64,000 bases of DNA from Heterodontus francisci (lineage: Eukaryota): positions 8,680,001 through 8,744,000 of the forward strand of contig NC_090415.1 in the NCBI RefSeq assembly GCF_036365525.1, in the 5' to 3' direction. Below the pieces are notes generated by a model. The model was given only the letters and a program-made list of their open reading frames with translations. It was not told the origin of the DNA and ran no database searches. The translations under genes and the position numbers were made by a program. Shown one piece after another: positions 35,860-49,402 of the stretch (its first letter is position 1; each line of letters begins with the position of its first letter).

Positions 35860-36322
35860 TGCAGAAGTAGGCCATTCGTCACCTCCCCCCCCCCCCCACC
35901 TCACCACCACCCTCCCCCCCCCCCCACCTCACCACCACCCTCCCCCCCCCCCCACCTCACCACCCCCCTCCCCCCAACCCCCCGAGCTTGCTATGCCATT
36001 CAATAAGATCATGCCTGATCAGTTTCTGACTTGAATTCCACACTCCTATCTACTCCCAATAATCTATGATTCCCTTGCCTATCAAGATTCTATCTACCCC
36101 TGCCTTAAAAATATTCAATGATCCCGCCTCCCCACCTTCTAAGGCACAGAATTCCAAAGTCACACAATCTTCTGAGGGGAAAAAAGCTCCGCATCTCTGT
36201 CCTAAAAGTGTGAACCCTAATTTTAAAACAGCGCCCCCGAGTTCTGAACTCATCCACAACAGGAAACATCCTTTCCCCATCCACCTTGTCAAGAACATTC
36301 AGGATCTTATATACTACAATCA
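35860..36322 (-). mobile_element. CR1 3' fragment containing a C-rich expansion
   Basis: YKILNVLDKVDGERMFP; CR1 3' UTR. Confidence 0.75.
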
Positions 36323-36324
36323 AG

Positions 36325-38830
36325 TAAAAATGGTACAGCAATTATCATGGGGGATTTTAATCTACATGTAGATTGGTCGAACCAGCTCAGTCAGGGTAGC
36401 CTTGAGGAGGAGTTCGTTGAGTGTATCCGTGATAGTTTTCTTGAACAGTATGTAATGGAACCGACAAGGGAGCAAGCTATCCGAGATCTAGTCCTGTGTA
36501 ATGAGACAGGAATAATTAATGACCTCATAGTTAGGGATCCTCTTGGAAGGAGTGATCACAGTATGGTTGAATTTAGAATACAGATGGAGTGTGTGAAGAT
36601 AAATTCCAATACCAGGGTCCTGTGCTTGAACAAGGGGGACTACAATAGAATGAGGGAGGACTTGACTAAAATAGACTGGAAACAAAGATTTTATGGTGGG
36701 ACAGTTGACGAGCAGTGGAGGACTTTCAAAGCAATTTTTCAAAGTGCTCAGCAAAAGTATATTTCAGTGAAAAGGAAGGACTGGAAGAAAATGGGTAATC
36801 TGCCATGGGTGTCTAAGGAAATAAGGGAGGCTATCAAATTGAAAGAGAAGGCATACAAAGTGGCCAAAAGCAGCATGAAACTAGAAGATTGGGAAAACTT
36901 TAAAGGTCAACAGAAAGCTACAAAAAGAGCTATAAAGAAAAGTAAGATAGAACATGAGAAAAAACTAGCACAGAATATAAAGACAGATAGCAAAAGTTTT
37001 TATAAATATATAAAACGAAAAAGAGTGGCTAAAGTAAACGTTGGTCCTTTAGAGGATGAGAAGGGGAATTTAGTTATGGGATATGATGAAATGGCCGAGG
37101 CATTGAACAGGTATTTTGTATCAGTCTTCTCAGTGGAGGACATTAATAACATGCCAGTAAATGACAAAGAGACGAACGTAGGTGAGGACCTGGGAACAAT
37201 CATTATTACGGAAGAGGTAGTGTTGGGCAAGCTAATGGAGCTGAGGATTGATAAGTCTCCTGGCCCTGATGGAATGCATCCCAGGGTACTAAAAGAGATG
37301 GCGGGAGAAATAGCAGGTGCACTGACGGTAATTTCCCAAAATTCGCTGGACTCTGGGGTAGTCCCAGCTGATTGGAAAACAGCAGATGTGACGCCACTGT
37401 TTAAAAAGGGAGGTAGACAAAAGATGGGGAATTATAGACCGGTTAGCTTAACCTCTGTAGTGGGGAAGATGCTTGAGTCTATTATCAAGGAAGAAATAGC
37501 AGGGCATCTCGATAGAAATTGTCCCGTTGGGCAGACGCAGCATGGGTTCATGAAGGGCAGGTCATGCTTGACAAATCTTTTGGAATTCTATGATGACATT
37601 ATGAGCAAGGTGGACAATGGGGACCCAGTGGATGTGGTGTACCTAGATTTCCAAAAGGCCTTCGACAAGGTTCCGCACAAGAGGCTGCTGCATAAGATAA
37701 GGATGCATGGCGTTAGGGGTAAAGTATTAGCATGGATAGAGGATTGGTTGACTAACAGGAAGCAGAAAGTGGGGATAAATGAGTGCTATTTTGGGTGGCA
37801 ATCAGTCACTAGTGGTGTGCCTCAGGGATCGGTGTTGGGACTGCAATTATTTACAATTTATATCGATGATTTGGAGTTGGGGACCACGTGTAGGGTGTCA
37901 AAGTTTGCAGATGACACTAAGATGAGTGGCAGAGCAAAGTGACTGTGAAACTTTGCAGAGGAACATAGATACATTGAGTGAGTGGGCAAAGGTCTGGCAG
38001 ATGGAATACAATGTTAATAAATGTGAAGTCATTCATTTCGGTAGGAGACACAGTAAAAAGGATTATTACTTGAATGGTAAAAAGTTGCAGCATGCTGCTA
38101 TGCAGAGGGACCTGGGTATCCTTGTACATGAATCGCAAAAGGTTGGTCTGCAGGTACAGCAAGTAATTAGGAAGGCAAATGGAATTTTGTCCTTCATTGC
38201 TAAAGGGATCGAGTTTGAAAGCAGAGAGGTTATGTTGCAGCTGTATAAGGTACTGGTGAGGCCACACCTGGAGTACTGTGTGCAGTTTTGGTCTCCTTAC
38301 TTGAGAAAGGATATACTGGCACTGGAGAGGGTGCAGAGGAGGTTCACTAGGTTGATTCCGGAGTTGAGGGGGTTGGCTTATGAGGAGAGACTGAGTAGAT
38401 TGGGATTATATTCATTGGAGTTCAGAAGAATGAGGGGGGATCTTATAGAAACATATAAAATCATGAAGGGAATAGATAAGATACAAGTAGAGAGGATGTT
38501 TCCACTGGCAGGTGAAGCTAGGACAAGAGGGCATAGCCTCAAGATTAGAGGGAGCAGATTTAAGACTGAATTAAGAAGGAACTTCTTCACCCAGTGGGTT
38601 GTTAATCTATGGAATTCCTTGCCCAGTGAAGTAGTTGACGCTTCTTCAGTAAACGTTTTTAAAGCTAAGGTAGATATCTTTTTGAACAATAAAGGAATTA
38701 AGGGATATAGTGGGAGCGCGGGTAAGTGGATCTGAGTCCACGAAAAGAGCAGCCATGATCTTATTGAATGGCGGAGCAGGCTCGAGGGGCCGGACAGCCT
38801 ACTCCTGCTCCTAGTTCTTATGATCTTATA
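36325..38830 (+). mobile_element. Relatively young CR1 LINE, 5'-truncated ORF2 (APE C-half and RT), one frameshift near 37940
   Basis: ORFs 36347..37942 and 37926..38735: [32 protein letters not shown]; 3' UTR with (tcttat)n. Confidence 0.96.
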
Positions 38831-40520
38831 AGTCTCCCCTCACTCTTCTAAACTCCAGTGAAAACTAGTCCAGTCTGTCCAACCTTTCCTCATAAGACAT
38901 CCACTCATTCCAGGTATCAATCTAATAAACCTCTTGTGAAACACCTCCAACACATTTACTTCCTTCCTTAAATATGGAGAACAAAACTGCACACAGTATT
39001 CGAGATGGGGTCTCACCAAAGCCCCGTATAACTGAAGCATAACATCCTTAGTTTTATTTCAATTCCTGTCAAAATGAAGGATAACTTTCCAATTGCCTTC
39101 TTTGTGATTTGCCATACCTGCATACTAACATTTTGAGACTCAAGCACAAGAACACCTAGATCCCTCTGCACCTCGGAATTCTGCAGTCATTCTCCATTTA
39201 AGTAATACTCTTTTTTTTTTTGAGTCTTCCTGACAAAGTGAAAACTTCACAATATCTCACCTTGTACTCCATCTGCCAGATTTCTGCCCACTCACTCAAC
39301 CTATCTATGTCGGTCTGCAACCTCCTTATGTCCTCTTCACTACATACTTTCCTACCTATCTTTGTTTCATCTGCACATTTAGCTTCCATGCCATCGCTCC
39401 CCTCATCTAAGCCGTTGATATAAATTGTAAAAAGTTGAGGCCCCAGTACAGATGCCTACAAGTCTCCACTCGTCACTTCCTGCCAATCAGAAAAGGAGCC
39501 CTTTATGCATTCTCCCTTTTTATCACCATCCAGCCAAAATTCTATCCATGCTGACGCCCTACTCCATGAGCCCTACTTTGCACAATAATCTTTTATGTGG
39601 CATCTTGTCAAATGTATTCTGGAAATCCAAGGACTGTATGTCAATGGGCTCCCCTTTATCCAGCGGGCATAATACTTCTTCAAAGAACTCCAATAAATTG
39701 GTTAAACATGATATCCCTTTCACAAAACCATGCTGACTATTCTTGATGACCTTGTGTTTTTCTAAACGCCCAGCTTGAGCCTGCTTATTGATCACTTCCA
39801 ACACAGTGGCGCAGTGGTTAGCACCACAGCCTCACAGCTCCAGCAACCCGGGTTCAATTCTGGGTACTGCCTGTGTGGAGTTTGCAAGTTCTCCCTGTGT
39901 CTGCGTGGGTTTCCTCCGGGTGCTCCGGTTTCCTCCCACATGCCAAAGACTTGCAGGTTGATAGGTAAATTGGCCATTAGCAATTGCCCCTAGTATAGGT
40001 AGGTGGTAGGGAAATATAGGGACTGGTGGGGATGTGGTAGGAATATGGAATTAGTGTAGGATTAGTATAAATGGGTGGTTGATGGTCGGCACAGACTCGG
40101 TGGGCCGAAGGGCCTGTTTCAGTGCTGTATCTCTAAACTAAACTAAAACTTAAACGTTCCTCATGACAGGGGTCAAGCTAACTGGCCTATAGTTAGTCTT
40201 TCTCTGCCTCCCTGCCTTCTTGAATAGATGGGTTTTATTTGCTACTTTCCAGTCCAATGGAACCTTTCCAGAATCTAGCGAATCTTGAAAAATTAACATG
40301 AACGAATCTACTGCATCAGTAGCCACCAATCTAAAGACCCTAGGATGAAGCCCATCAGGATCCAAGGACTGTCAGCCAGCAGCTCTATCAGTTTACTCAA
40401 TACCACTTTCCTGGTGATTGTAATTTCACCAACTTCTTCTCTTCCTTCCACCTCCTGATTTATAGCTCTTACTGGAATGTTTTTGCATCATCTATAGTCA
40501 AGAAAGAAGGGAAATATGAG
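38830..40520 (-). mobile_element. Decayed CR1 ORF2 with a SINE insertion
   Basis: LVRPHLEYCVQF, QHGFVKG.SCLTNLLEFFE, PDGLHPRV. Confidence 0.88.
39801..40149 (+). mobile_element. HE1/V-SINE-type SINE
   Basis: A/B boxes and (CTAAA)n tail. Confidence 0.93.
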
Positions 40521-40559
40521 TTGGAGTTCAGATTTTGATTGTCTAGTATGCCAATTTAA

Positions 40560-42210
40560 GCTTTAGCTTGCGCCCTTAAATTTCTAAGGTGCAGGTGTGG
40601 TTTTCTAATCTGTGTCTGTCATTGTCTTGTATCGGAGTAAGAGTTTCAATCTGTTATTTGAGTGTGGGTTTTACACCACATCGCTACATTGCGTCGGATG
40701 TGAATGTGAGTTTTAATCTGTACATGCCAGTTTCTGACATGCGGCTCTGAGGTTTACTTTGTACATTGTCATTCTCTGATATGTGACTGACAATTTTATT
40801 CTGTACCTGTCAGTTTCTTTTCTGTGTATGTGAGTTTTAGTCTGTATCTGTCAGTATGTGGTATATGAGTCTTAATTATATGTGTGTGTTGCTCGGCATC
40901 TGTCAGCGTCTGAAATGCAATTGTTAGGTTTTCTTTGTACCTGTCACTGTCTGTTATGGATGAGAGACTTTCAAATCTAACTGTAAATTTCTTGCAATTC
41001 ATTATGGATTTCACTCTGTGTCTGTCAGTCTCTGGTAGTTAAGTGTGGCATTTATACTGTATCTCTTAATTTCTGATATGTGAAAAGAGATTTTAATGTG
41101 TACTTGTCGGTTTCTAGAATGCAAGTCTGGGTTTCAATGTATATCTGCCAGTTTCTCTTATGTGAGGGTGGCATTTATTCTGTACCTGTTACTTTGTGAA
41201 ATGTGAGAAAGTTTTAATTTTCCCTGTCAGTTGCTGGTATGTGATCATGGACTTTGCTTTGTACTCATTTGTTTCTCTGAATGCAATGTGGGTTCTGTTC
41301 CTGTCAGATTCTGGTATGTGAATGTGGGTTTATTCTGGATCTTTCACTCTTTGGAATTTGAGTATGTGCTTTACCCTATACCTTTTAATTTCTGTTATAT
41401 GAATGAAGGATTAAATCTGTACCTATCGACTGATAGTAAATGAATGTGGTTTGCAGTCTGTACCTGTCAGTTCATGGAAAATGAGGTGGTTTTATTTCTC
41501 CAGCTGCCAGATTCTGATATGTGTGTGTTGTCTTATTCTGAACCTGTTATTTTCTGGGATGTGGTTCTGGTTTTTGATCTGTACCTGTCAGTTTCTGTTT
41601 GTTGAATGAGTTTTATTTTGCACCAGTTGTGTTCTAGTATGTGAGTGTCAGTTTGAAGCTGGACCTGTAAAGTTAAGCGATGATAGTGTGGGTTTATTCT
41701 GTATCTTTGAAACTGGAGTCTGTGACGTGCTTTTTTTTCTCTGAATTTGTCGATTTCTGCTCTGTAACTGTGTTTTAATCTGCAGCTTACAGTTCCTGAT
41801 GGGTGTGTGAGCACATTTTCTATTTTTTTTTCTGCTGCGATCAACGTCTACTACATGAGTATGTGTGTTATGCCTATCTTTCAATTTCTGTTATTGAAGA
41901 ATTGAATTTCATTTGTACTTCTACAGTCTCTGGTATGTGTCCATGGGTTTTACTGGTAACTGTCTGTCTCAGTTCAGTGACTCTGGTGTTATTCTCTATC
42001 TGACAGTCTCTTGCCTGTGAATGGTTTTATTTTCTTCTCTGTAACTGTCAGTTTCCCTTCTGTGGCTGGAGATTTTAATCTTTACTTAAACTCTTTAATA
42101 ATTTGTAAATGGGAATTTCACTCTGTGTCTGACTTTTTACAGTACACGTGTGTGTTTATTTTAATTTTGTAATGATCAGTTTCAGGTATATGAGGGTGAG
42201 ATTCACTGTC
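40560..42210 (+). repeat. Degenerate ~41-bp satellite block
   Basis: ctgtacctgtcag at 40801 and ctgtatctgtcag at 40842 (41-bp period), repeated through the block. Confidence 0.78.
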
Positions 42211-42949
42211 TGTAGAATGCCTCCCTCTTGTGAGATTAATAGAGTGCCTTTCAATGTGATAGTCTGAGTGCTTTTGAACTTTACCGAACTTTCAGCAGTG
42301 TAGTGTTGGAATGGATAGGATACAATGTCTGTCTCTTCTGCTCTGTTTAATTGCTGGGTTGAAAATGTGTCTCTGAACTTGGGATCAGTGAGTGTTTGAC
42401 TACATCTGCTCCTTGTGATTATGGAATGAACCGATGTCCTTTGGGAGTGCTACTGTACCTAGTTTGTGATGGAAGGAGCTGACTGCACCTTTCCTTGTGC
42501 CTGTGAATCATCACATTCATTCAGGTCACTGACCTGAAACGTTAACGCTGCTTCACTCACCACAGATGCTGCCAGACCTGCTGAATATTTCCAGCATCTC
42601 TTGTTTTTATATCACATTCATTCTGCTCCCTTGAAGTATTTGCCTACAGAAAAGAAGAAAACTATGCCTTGTAAAACACGATCAGTTGAGGTGGAAGCTA
42701 GAAAAGAGATTAATGTAACATTCCAATTAATAATCATTATGACTAATTACAAATGCTAACCAGATATACAAAGAGTGTCACTGTCTGATTCCACTACAGC
42801 GCTCAGCATCTTGGCAGTTTCACAACAATTTTGGGACATCCAGAAACAAGCCAACATCTGCACTGCTCCAAGATTGGGACTACATGATGGAGCAGGGATA
42901 TTTGTGCAGGTTAGGTTTCTACTTCCATCTGTCATTGTAATATAATAAC

Positions 42950-43445
42950 CTAAGAACTAGGAGCTGGAGTCAGCCATTCAGCCTCTCGAGCCTGATCCAT
43001 CATTCAATAAGATCATGTCTGATTTGGTCTTGGCTTCAGCTCCATTATCCTGCCTGGCCAATATCCCATTACTCCCTTGTAGATAAAAAATGTAAATCAT
43101 CCTTGAACACATTTCATAATCCAGCCTCCACTACTCTCAGGTGTACAGAATTCCATAGATTAATGACGCTTTGAGAGAAGAAATTCTTCCTTACCTCCGT
43201 CTAAAATGGGAGACCCCTTATTCTGAAACTGTGCGGCGTGATTCTTGATTCCCTCAAGTGGGGAAATATCTTCTCAGCATCCTCCCAGTCAAGACCCTCA
43301 GAATCTTACACTTTTCAATAAGATTTACTCTGATTATTACAAACTCCAATGAGTGTAACACAACCTGCTCAACCTTATGCTCATAACGCAACCTCTTCAT
43401 CGCAGGAATCAACCGAACGAAACCTGCCTGAACTGCATCTGCCAA
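42950..43445 (-). mobile_element. Old CR1 3' fragment
   Basis: CR1 3' UTR and HSLEF..IRVNLIE relic. Confidence 0.75.
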
Positions 43446-43559
43446 CAATCCGGCTCTGTTTTCACTATTCACTTTTCAATAACAACAAACAGCTTGAAAC
43501 CGGAACTAAACCACGAACAAGCATTAAAGGTTTGAAAATGGAGAACAGCCATTATTTTC

Positions 43560-43965
43560 AATAGCAGCTTCTTCACGTTTTGTCTCACCTGCACACTGCA
43601 CCCGCAGCCGGAGAAAAGGTCTCTCTGCCTTCCGCCGCTAACTTCATGTTACCGGATCACTTCCTGACTCACGCTGTCTCTTGCAAACATCTCCCGACTC
43701 CCCTTGAACTTGCCCCAAAGTCAATGATGATCTCTGAGCCAGATTGCGGACAAGTGCCCCAAATCAAAGTGCTGCTGGAAGGAGAATGCTGTTTGCTGAC
43801 TTCCCCCGATACTGTAATAACTCTATTCTCTCCGTTAAAACAAACGCTTTCCGCTCTCTCAGTAAATGCTCTTCAACAGCCCTTGCTGGCACAGGGGAGC
43901 GCATGCGCTCGATCGGTCATCAACACAGCGGTGTGGGCGGGGCTGTACCGCGCATGCGCTTGTTT
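43560..43965. promoter_or_regulatory. Candidate promoter with two perfect NRF1 palindromes, a GC box and an ETS site
   Basis: GCGCATGCGC at 43899 and 43950; GGGCGGGG 43935; CACTTCCTG ~43658; CpGs retained. Confidence 0.6.
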
Positions 43966-44231
43966 CGACAACTGTTTGGGAAACAAAAACAAATCAATTG
44001 GAACTTTATCCAGTTCAGTTTTATCACATTTTAAACAATGGAACCGGGGCTGTGGTTAAGATAGAGAAGGTTCCTACCTGGGAGGTTACCCCTTTATGAA
44101 GTTCAAATTGAGATGATTCTCTGAAGTATGTTTGCTGTTCCTCAGCCCGGATTCTCAAAGCAATCCTCCGAGGGAGACGGTGTGTTTGCTCGGATCGCGC
44201 AGGAGTTAATATCTGACAGTAACAGTCCTAG

Positions 44232-44609
44232 TTAATGACCATATTCGGCGGCGGCAACGAGGGGATCGTGGACGAGCTGCAGGTCGATAACACAGTCACA
44301 AACCAGTGGTTCATCCCTGCAGTTCAGGGGGATTTCCCACCAGGCTGTGCAGCCTATGGCTTCATCTGTGATGGCACCAGGATTCTGGTATTTGGAGGAG
44401 TGGTAAAATATGGAAAATATAGCAATGACCTGTATGAACTGCAGGCAAGCAGATGGGAATGGAAGAAACTAAAACCAAAACCTCCCAAAAATGGTCCGCA
44501 GCCCTGTCCCCGCCTTGGTCATACCTTGTGTCTTGTTGGGACTAAGTGTTATTTGTTTGGTGTTCTGGCTAATGACAGTGAAGACCCAAAGAATAATATT
44601 CCAAGATAC
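44232..44609 (+). pseudogene. HCFC1: Processed (intronless) HCFC1 fragment, Kelch region, about residues 44-169
   Basis: [12 protein letters not shown]...[24 protein letters not shown]...[18 protein letters not shown]...PCPRLGH...[21 protein letters not shown]. Residues favour HCFC1 over HCFC2. No introns. Confidence 0.9.
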
Positions 44610-44879
44610 TCCTCTTGTGTCTCTGATAGTAATTTGTATTGTTATACTGCAATACCTGGTGCAAAATAATGTCAGTTAATCATTGGCAGTTGCATTATTG
44701 ACCTAGAATGCGCATTATATCCCTGCACCCCCTCCCCTACCCCTCTGCAGGCCCCTTCCCATCTCCCCCTCGCACCCCCTTCCCTCCACCCCTTCCCACC
44801 GCACCCCTCCCGCTCGCACTCACTAGCCCACCCCGCACCCCCTTCCCTCCACCTCCTCTCAGCGGTATCCACCTACCTC

Positions 44880-47800
44880 TGAGCAGAGGCCCTAACAATC
44901 CCACTGCCTTGTGGGCGTCTCGGGAGAGACCAAGGTTAAGGGAGTAAACCCAAACGGAAAATCCAGAGCGGAATCCCAAAGGCAGTCATGTGTCACCTTT
45001 TGCATGTTTCCGGCAGTTCCTGCAGCCATACCGGTGTCAAACGTCGTGCTCTGCACTCCTTTGGGCCCCACCAGGAAGGCCGAGAGGGGGGTTTCGACAC
45101 TTGGGCAACTCACAACCTCCATACATCCGCCCAGGCATGTGTCATGGAGAGGTCACTCCGTAGTCGCCTCACAGCGACCAAAACAACACGGAAGGCAGCA
45201 GTTATGGGTTATAAGTCCAGCTCAAGTGGGGTAGAGATTGGGCGCCACGGTCGGTGGGAGAGGTCATCGCATCTTACTGGACAGCTACCACCCGCCTCAA
45301 ACCGGGCAGCCCCCAGTCAGTAAGTTTCTGTCCTGACACAGTCCACCTGCTTCAATGGGTGCTTGGAGCTCAGGGTCATTGCCCGACAAGTGGACTATAA
45401 CACTGCACCAAACAGTACGACAAAGAAAGCAAAGAAGGTACCAGCCCTTCGTTTTGCAATCTGGAATGTCAGAACTATGTTTCCTGGCCTGTCAGAAGAC
45501 CTTACACAAATCAACGATTCTCGGAAGACCGCCATCATTAACAACGAGCTCAGTAGACTCAATGTGGACATCGCAACACTTCAGGAGACACACCTCACTG
45601 CGAGCAGATCTCTAAGAGAGCAAGACTACACCTTCTTCTGGCAGGGCAGGGATCCTGTAGAACCAAGACAGCATGGAGTGGGCTTCGCCATCAGAAACTC
45701 TTTGCTCAGCATGATCGAGCCAGCCTCAAACGTCTCTGAATGCATACTGTCCATCCGACAGTTCACCGCCTCTGGTCCAGTACACCTACTCAGCATCTAT
45801 GTTCCAACACTCTGATCCCCACCTGAAGCTAAAGACCAGTTCTACGAGGAACTCCATATTATCATTAGTAGCATCCCAATACCGAACACCTGTTCCTGCT
45901 GGGGGACTTTAATGCCAGTGTTGGGGCCGACCATGACTCATGGCCCTCCTGCCTTGGGCGCTATGGCATTGGAAGGATGAATGAGAATGGACAGAGACTG
46001 CTTGAGTTGTGTACCTATCATAACCTCTGCATCACCAACTCATTCTTTCACACTAAACCCTGTCACCAGGTTTCTTGGAATTACCCAAGATCACGTTGTT
46101 GGCACCAGCTGGACCTCATCATCAGAAGGCGAGCCTCTTTAAACAGCGTTCAAATCACACGCAGCTTCCACAGTGCAGACTGTGACACCGACCACTCCCT
46201 GGTGTGCAGCAAGTTTAGACTCAAACCAAAAAATCTACATCACTCCAAGCAAATGGGCTGCCTGCGTATCAACACTAGCAGAATTTCTCTTCCATAGCTG
46301 TTACATAAGTTTCTAAATTCACTTGAAAAAGCCCTTCAAAACACTCCTACAGGGGATGCAGAGTCGATTTGGGCCCACATCAGAGATGCCATATATGACT
46401 CAGCAATGACCACCTATGGCAAACGTGTGAAGAAAAATGCAGACTGGTTTCAATCTCACTTTGATGAGCTGGAACCTGTCATAGCCACTAAGCTCATTGC
46501 ACTGCTGAACTACAAGAAAGCCCCCAGCGAGTTAACATCTGTAACACTTAAAGCAGCCAGAAGCACTGCACAAAGAACAGACAGGCGCTGCGCAAATGAC
46601 TACTGGCAACATCTATGCAGTCATATTCAGCTGGCCTCTGACACCGGAAACATCAGAGGAATGCATGATGTCATTAAGAGAGCTTTTGGGCCAACGATCA
46701 AGAAGACGCCCCCCTCAAATCTAAATCAGGGGACACAATCACTGACCAATGCAAGCAAATGAACCGCTGGGTGGAGCACTACCTAGAACTGTACTCCAGG
46801 GAAAATGTTGTCACTGAGACCGCTCACAATGCAGCCCAGTCTCTGCCAGTCATGGATGAGCTGGACGTACAGCCAACAAAATGGGAACTCAGTGATGCCA
46901 TTGATTCTCTAACCAGCAGAAAAGCCCCTGGGAAGGATGGTATTACCCCTGAAATTTTCAAGAGTGCCAAGTCTGCTATACTTTCAGCTCTGCACGAACT
47001 GCTTTGCTTGTGCTGGGATGAGGGAGCAGTACCACAGGACATGCGCGATGCCAATATCATCACCCTCTATAAGAACAAGGGTGACCAAAGTGACTGCAAC
47101 AACTACCGTGGAATCTCCCTGCTCAGCATAGTGGAAAAAGTCTTCACTCGAGTCACTTTAAGCAGGCTCCAGAAGGTGACTGAGCGTGTATACCCTGAGG
47201 CACAGTTTCGAGCAGAGAGATCCACCATTGACATGCTGTTCTCCCTTCACCAGCTACAGGAGAAATGCTGGGAACAACAGATGCCCCTCTACGTTGCTTT
47301 CATTAATCTCACCAAAGCCCTTGACCTCGTCAGCAGACGTGGTCTCTTCAGACTACTGGAAAAGATCGGATGTCAAACAAAGCTACTAAGTATCATCACC
47401 TCATTCCATGACAATATGAAAGGCACAATTCAGCATAGCGGTGCCTCATCAGACCCCTTTCCTATCCTGAGTGGCGTGAAACAGCGCTGTGTTCTCGCAC
47501 TTACACTGTTTGGTATCTTCTTCTCCTTGCTGCTCTCACATGCGTTCAAGTCTTCAGAAGAAGCAATTTTCCTCCACACAAGATCAGGTGGCAGGTTGTT
47601 CAACCTTGCCCGTCTAAGAGTGAAGACCAAAGCATGGAAAGTCCTCATCAGGGAACTCCTCTTTGATGACAATGATGCATTAATATCTCACACTGAAGAG
47701 TATCTGCAGAGTCTCATCGACAGGATTGTGCCTGCCTGCAATGAATTTGGCCTACCATCAGCCTCAAGAAAACATACATCTTGGGACAGGACGTCAGAAA

Positions 47801-48227
47801 TGTTCCATCTATCAATATCGGCGACCACACTCTGGAAGTGATTCATGAGTTCACCTATCTGGGCTCAACTATCACCAGCAACCTGTCTCTCGATGCAGAA
47901 ATCAACAAACACATGGGAAAGGCTTCCACTGCTATGTCCAGAATGGCCACAAGAGTGTGGTAAAATGGCGCACTGAAACGGAACAGAAAAGTCCGAGTGT
48001 ATCAAGCCTGTGTCCTCAGTAACTTGCTCTACAGCAGTGAGGCCCAGACAATGCATGTCTGCCGAGAGCGACATCACAATTCATTCCATCTTCGCTGTCT
48101 CCGGAGAATCCTTGACATTAGGTGGCAGGACCGTATCTCCAATAGAGAAGTCCTCAAGGCGGCCAACATCCCCAGCATATACACCCTACTGAGCCAGCGG
48201 CGCTTGAGATGGCTTGGCCATGTGAGC
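44880..48227 (+). mobile_element. RTE-clade (BovB-like) LINE with 5' UTR, decayed APE-RT ORF, 3' end missing
   Basis: FAIWNVRT, LQET, NYRGISLL, GVKQ, FTYLGS, RRLRWLGHV; several stops and frameshifts. Confidence 0.92.
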
Positions 48228-49402
48228 CTTGGTTCAAACATGGATAAAAGCTTTGACCTCAAGAAGTGAGGAGAAACTGACTGCCCTTGACATCAAGGCA
48301 ACATGTGACCGACTATGGCATCAAGGAACCCGAGCAAAACTGAGGTCAATGGGAATCAGTGGGAAAACTCTCTGCTGGTTGGAGTCATACCTAGTGCAAA
48401 GGAAGATGGTTGTGGTTGTTCGAGGTCAATCATCTCAGCTCCAGGACATCACTGCAGGAGTTCATCAGTGTAGTGTCCGAGGCCTAACTATCTTCAGCTG
48501 CTTCATCAATGAACTTCCTTCAATCATAAGGTCAGAAGTTGGGATGTTCACTGAAGATTGCACAATGTTCAGCACGATTCGTGACTCCTCAGCTACTGAC
48601 AGTCTGTGTAGCAATGTAGCAAAACCTGGACAATATCCAGGCTTGTGCTGATAAGTGGCAAGTAACATTCACGCCACACAAGTGCCAGGCAACTACCATC
48701 TCCAACAAGAGGGAATCTAACCATCTCTTCTTTACATTCAATGGCATTAGCATCGCTGGACTCCCGACTGTCAATATCCTGGGCTCTACCATTGACCAGA
48801 AACTGAACTGGAGTAGCCATATAAATACCGTGGCTACAAGAGCGGGTCAGAGGATAGGAATCCTGCGACGAGCAAATAACCTGCTTACGCCCCAAAGCCT
48901 GCCCACCATTTACAATGCGGGAGTCAGGAGTGTGATGGAATACTCTCCACTTGCCTGGATGCCTGCAGCTCCAAAAACTCTCAAGAAGCTCAACACCATC
49001 CAGCACAAAGCTGCCCACTTGATTGCCACCCCATGCACAAACATTCACTCCCTCCACCACCGACTCACAGCAGCAGCTCTGTGTACCATCTACAAGATGC
49101 ACTGCAGCAACGCACCAAGGCTCTTTAGACAGCAGCTTCCAAACCCGCGACCTCTACCAACTTGAAGCACAAGGGCAGCAGATGCATGGGAACACCACCA
49201 CCTGCAAGTTCCCCTCCAAGTCACACACCATCCTGACTTAGATCTATACTGTCGTTCCTTCACTGTCACTGTGTCAAAATCACGGAACTCCCTTCCTAAC
49301 AGCACTGTGGGTGTACCGACCTCATATGGACTGCAGCAGCTCAAGAAGCCATCTCACCACAACCTTCTCAAGGGCAATTCGGGATGTGCAATAAATGCTG
49401 GT
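48228..49402 (+). mobile_element. RT and 3' part of the third LINE family, joined directly to the RTE copy
   Basis: ALDIKA, ATRAGQRIGILRR...SVMEYSPLAWM. Confidence 0.88.

Noticed and set aside
35813-36034. Proline-rich ORF (also 44708-44947)
   Set aside because: Translation of C-rich low-complexity tracts.
36347-38735. Active LINE or domesticated RT gene
   Set aside because: 5'-truncated within APE, no ORF1, and frameshifted near 37940.
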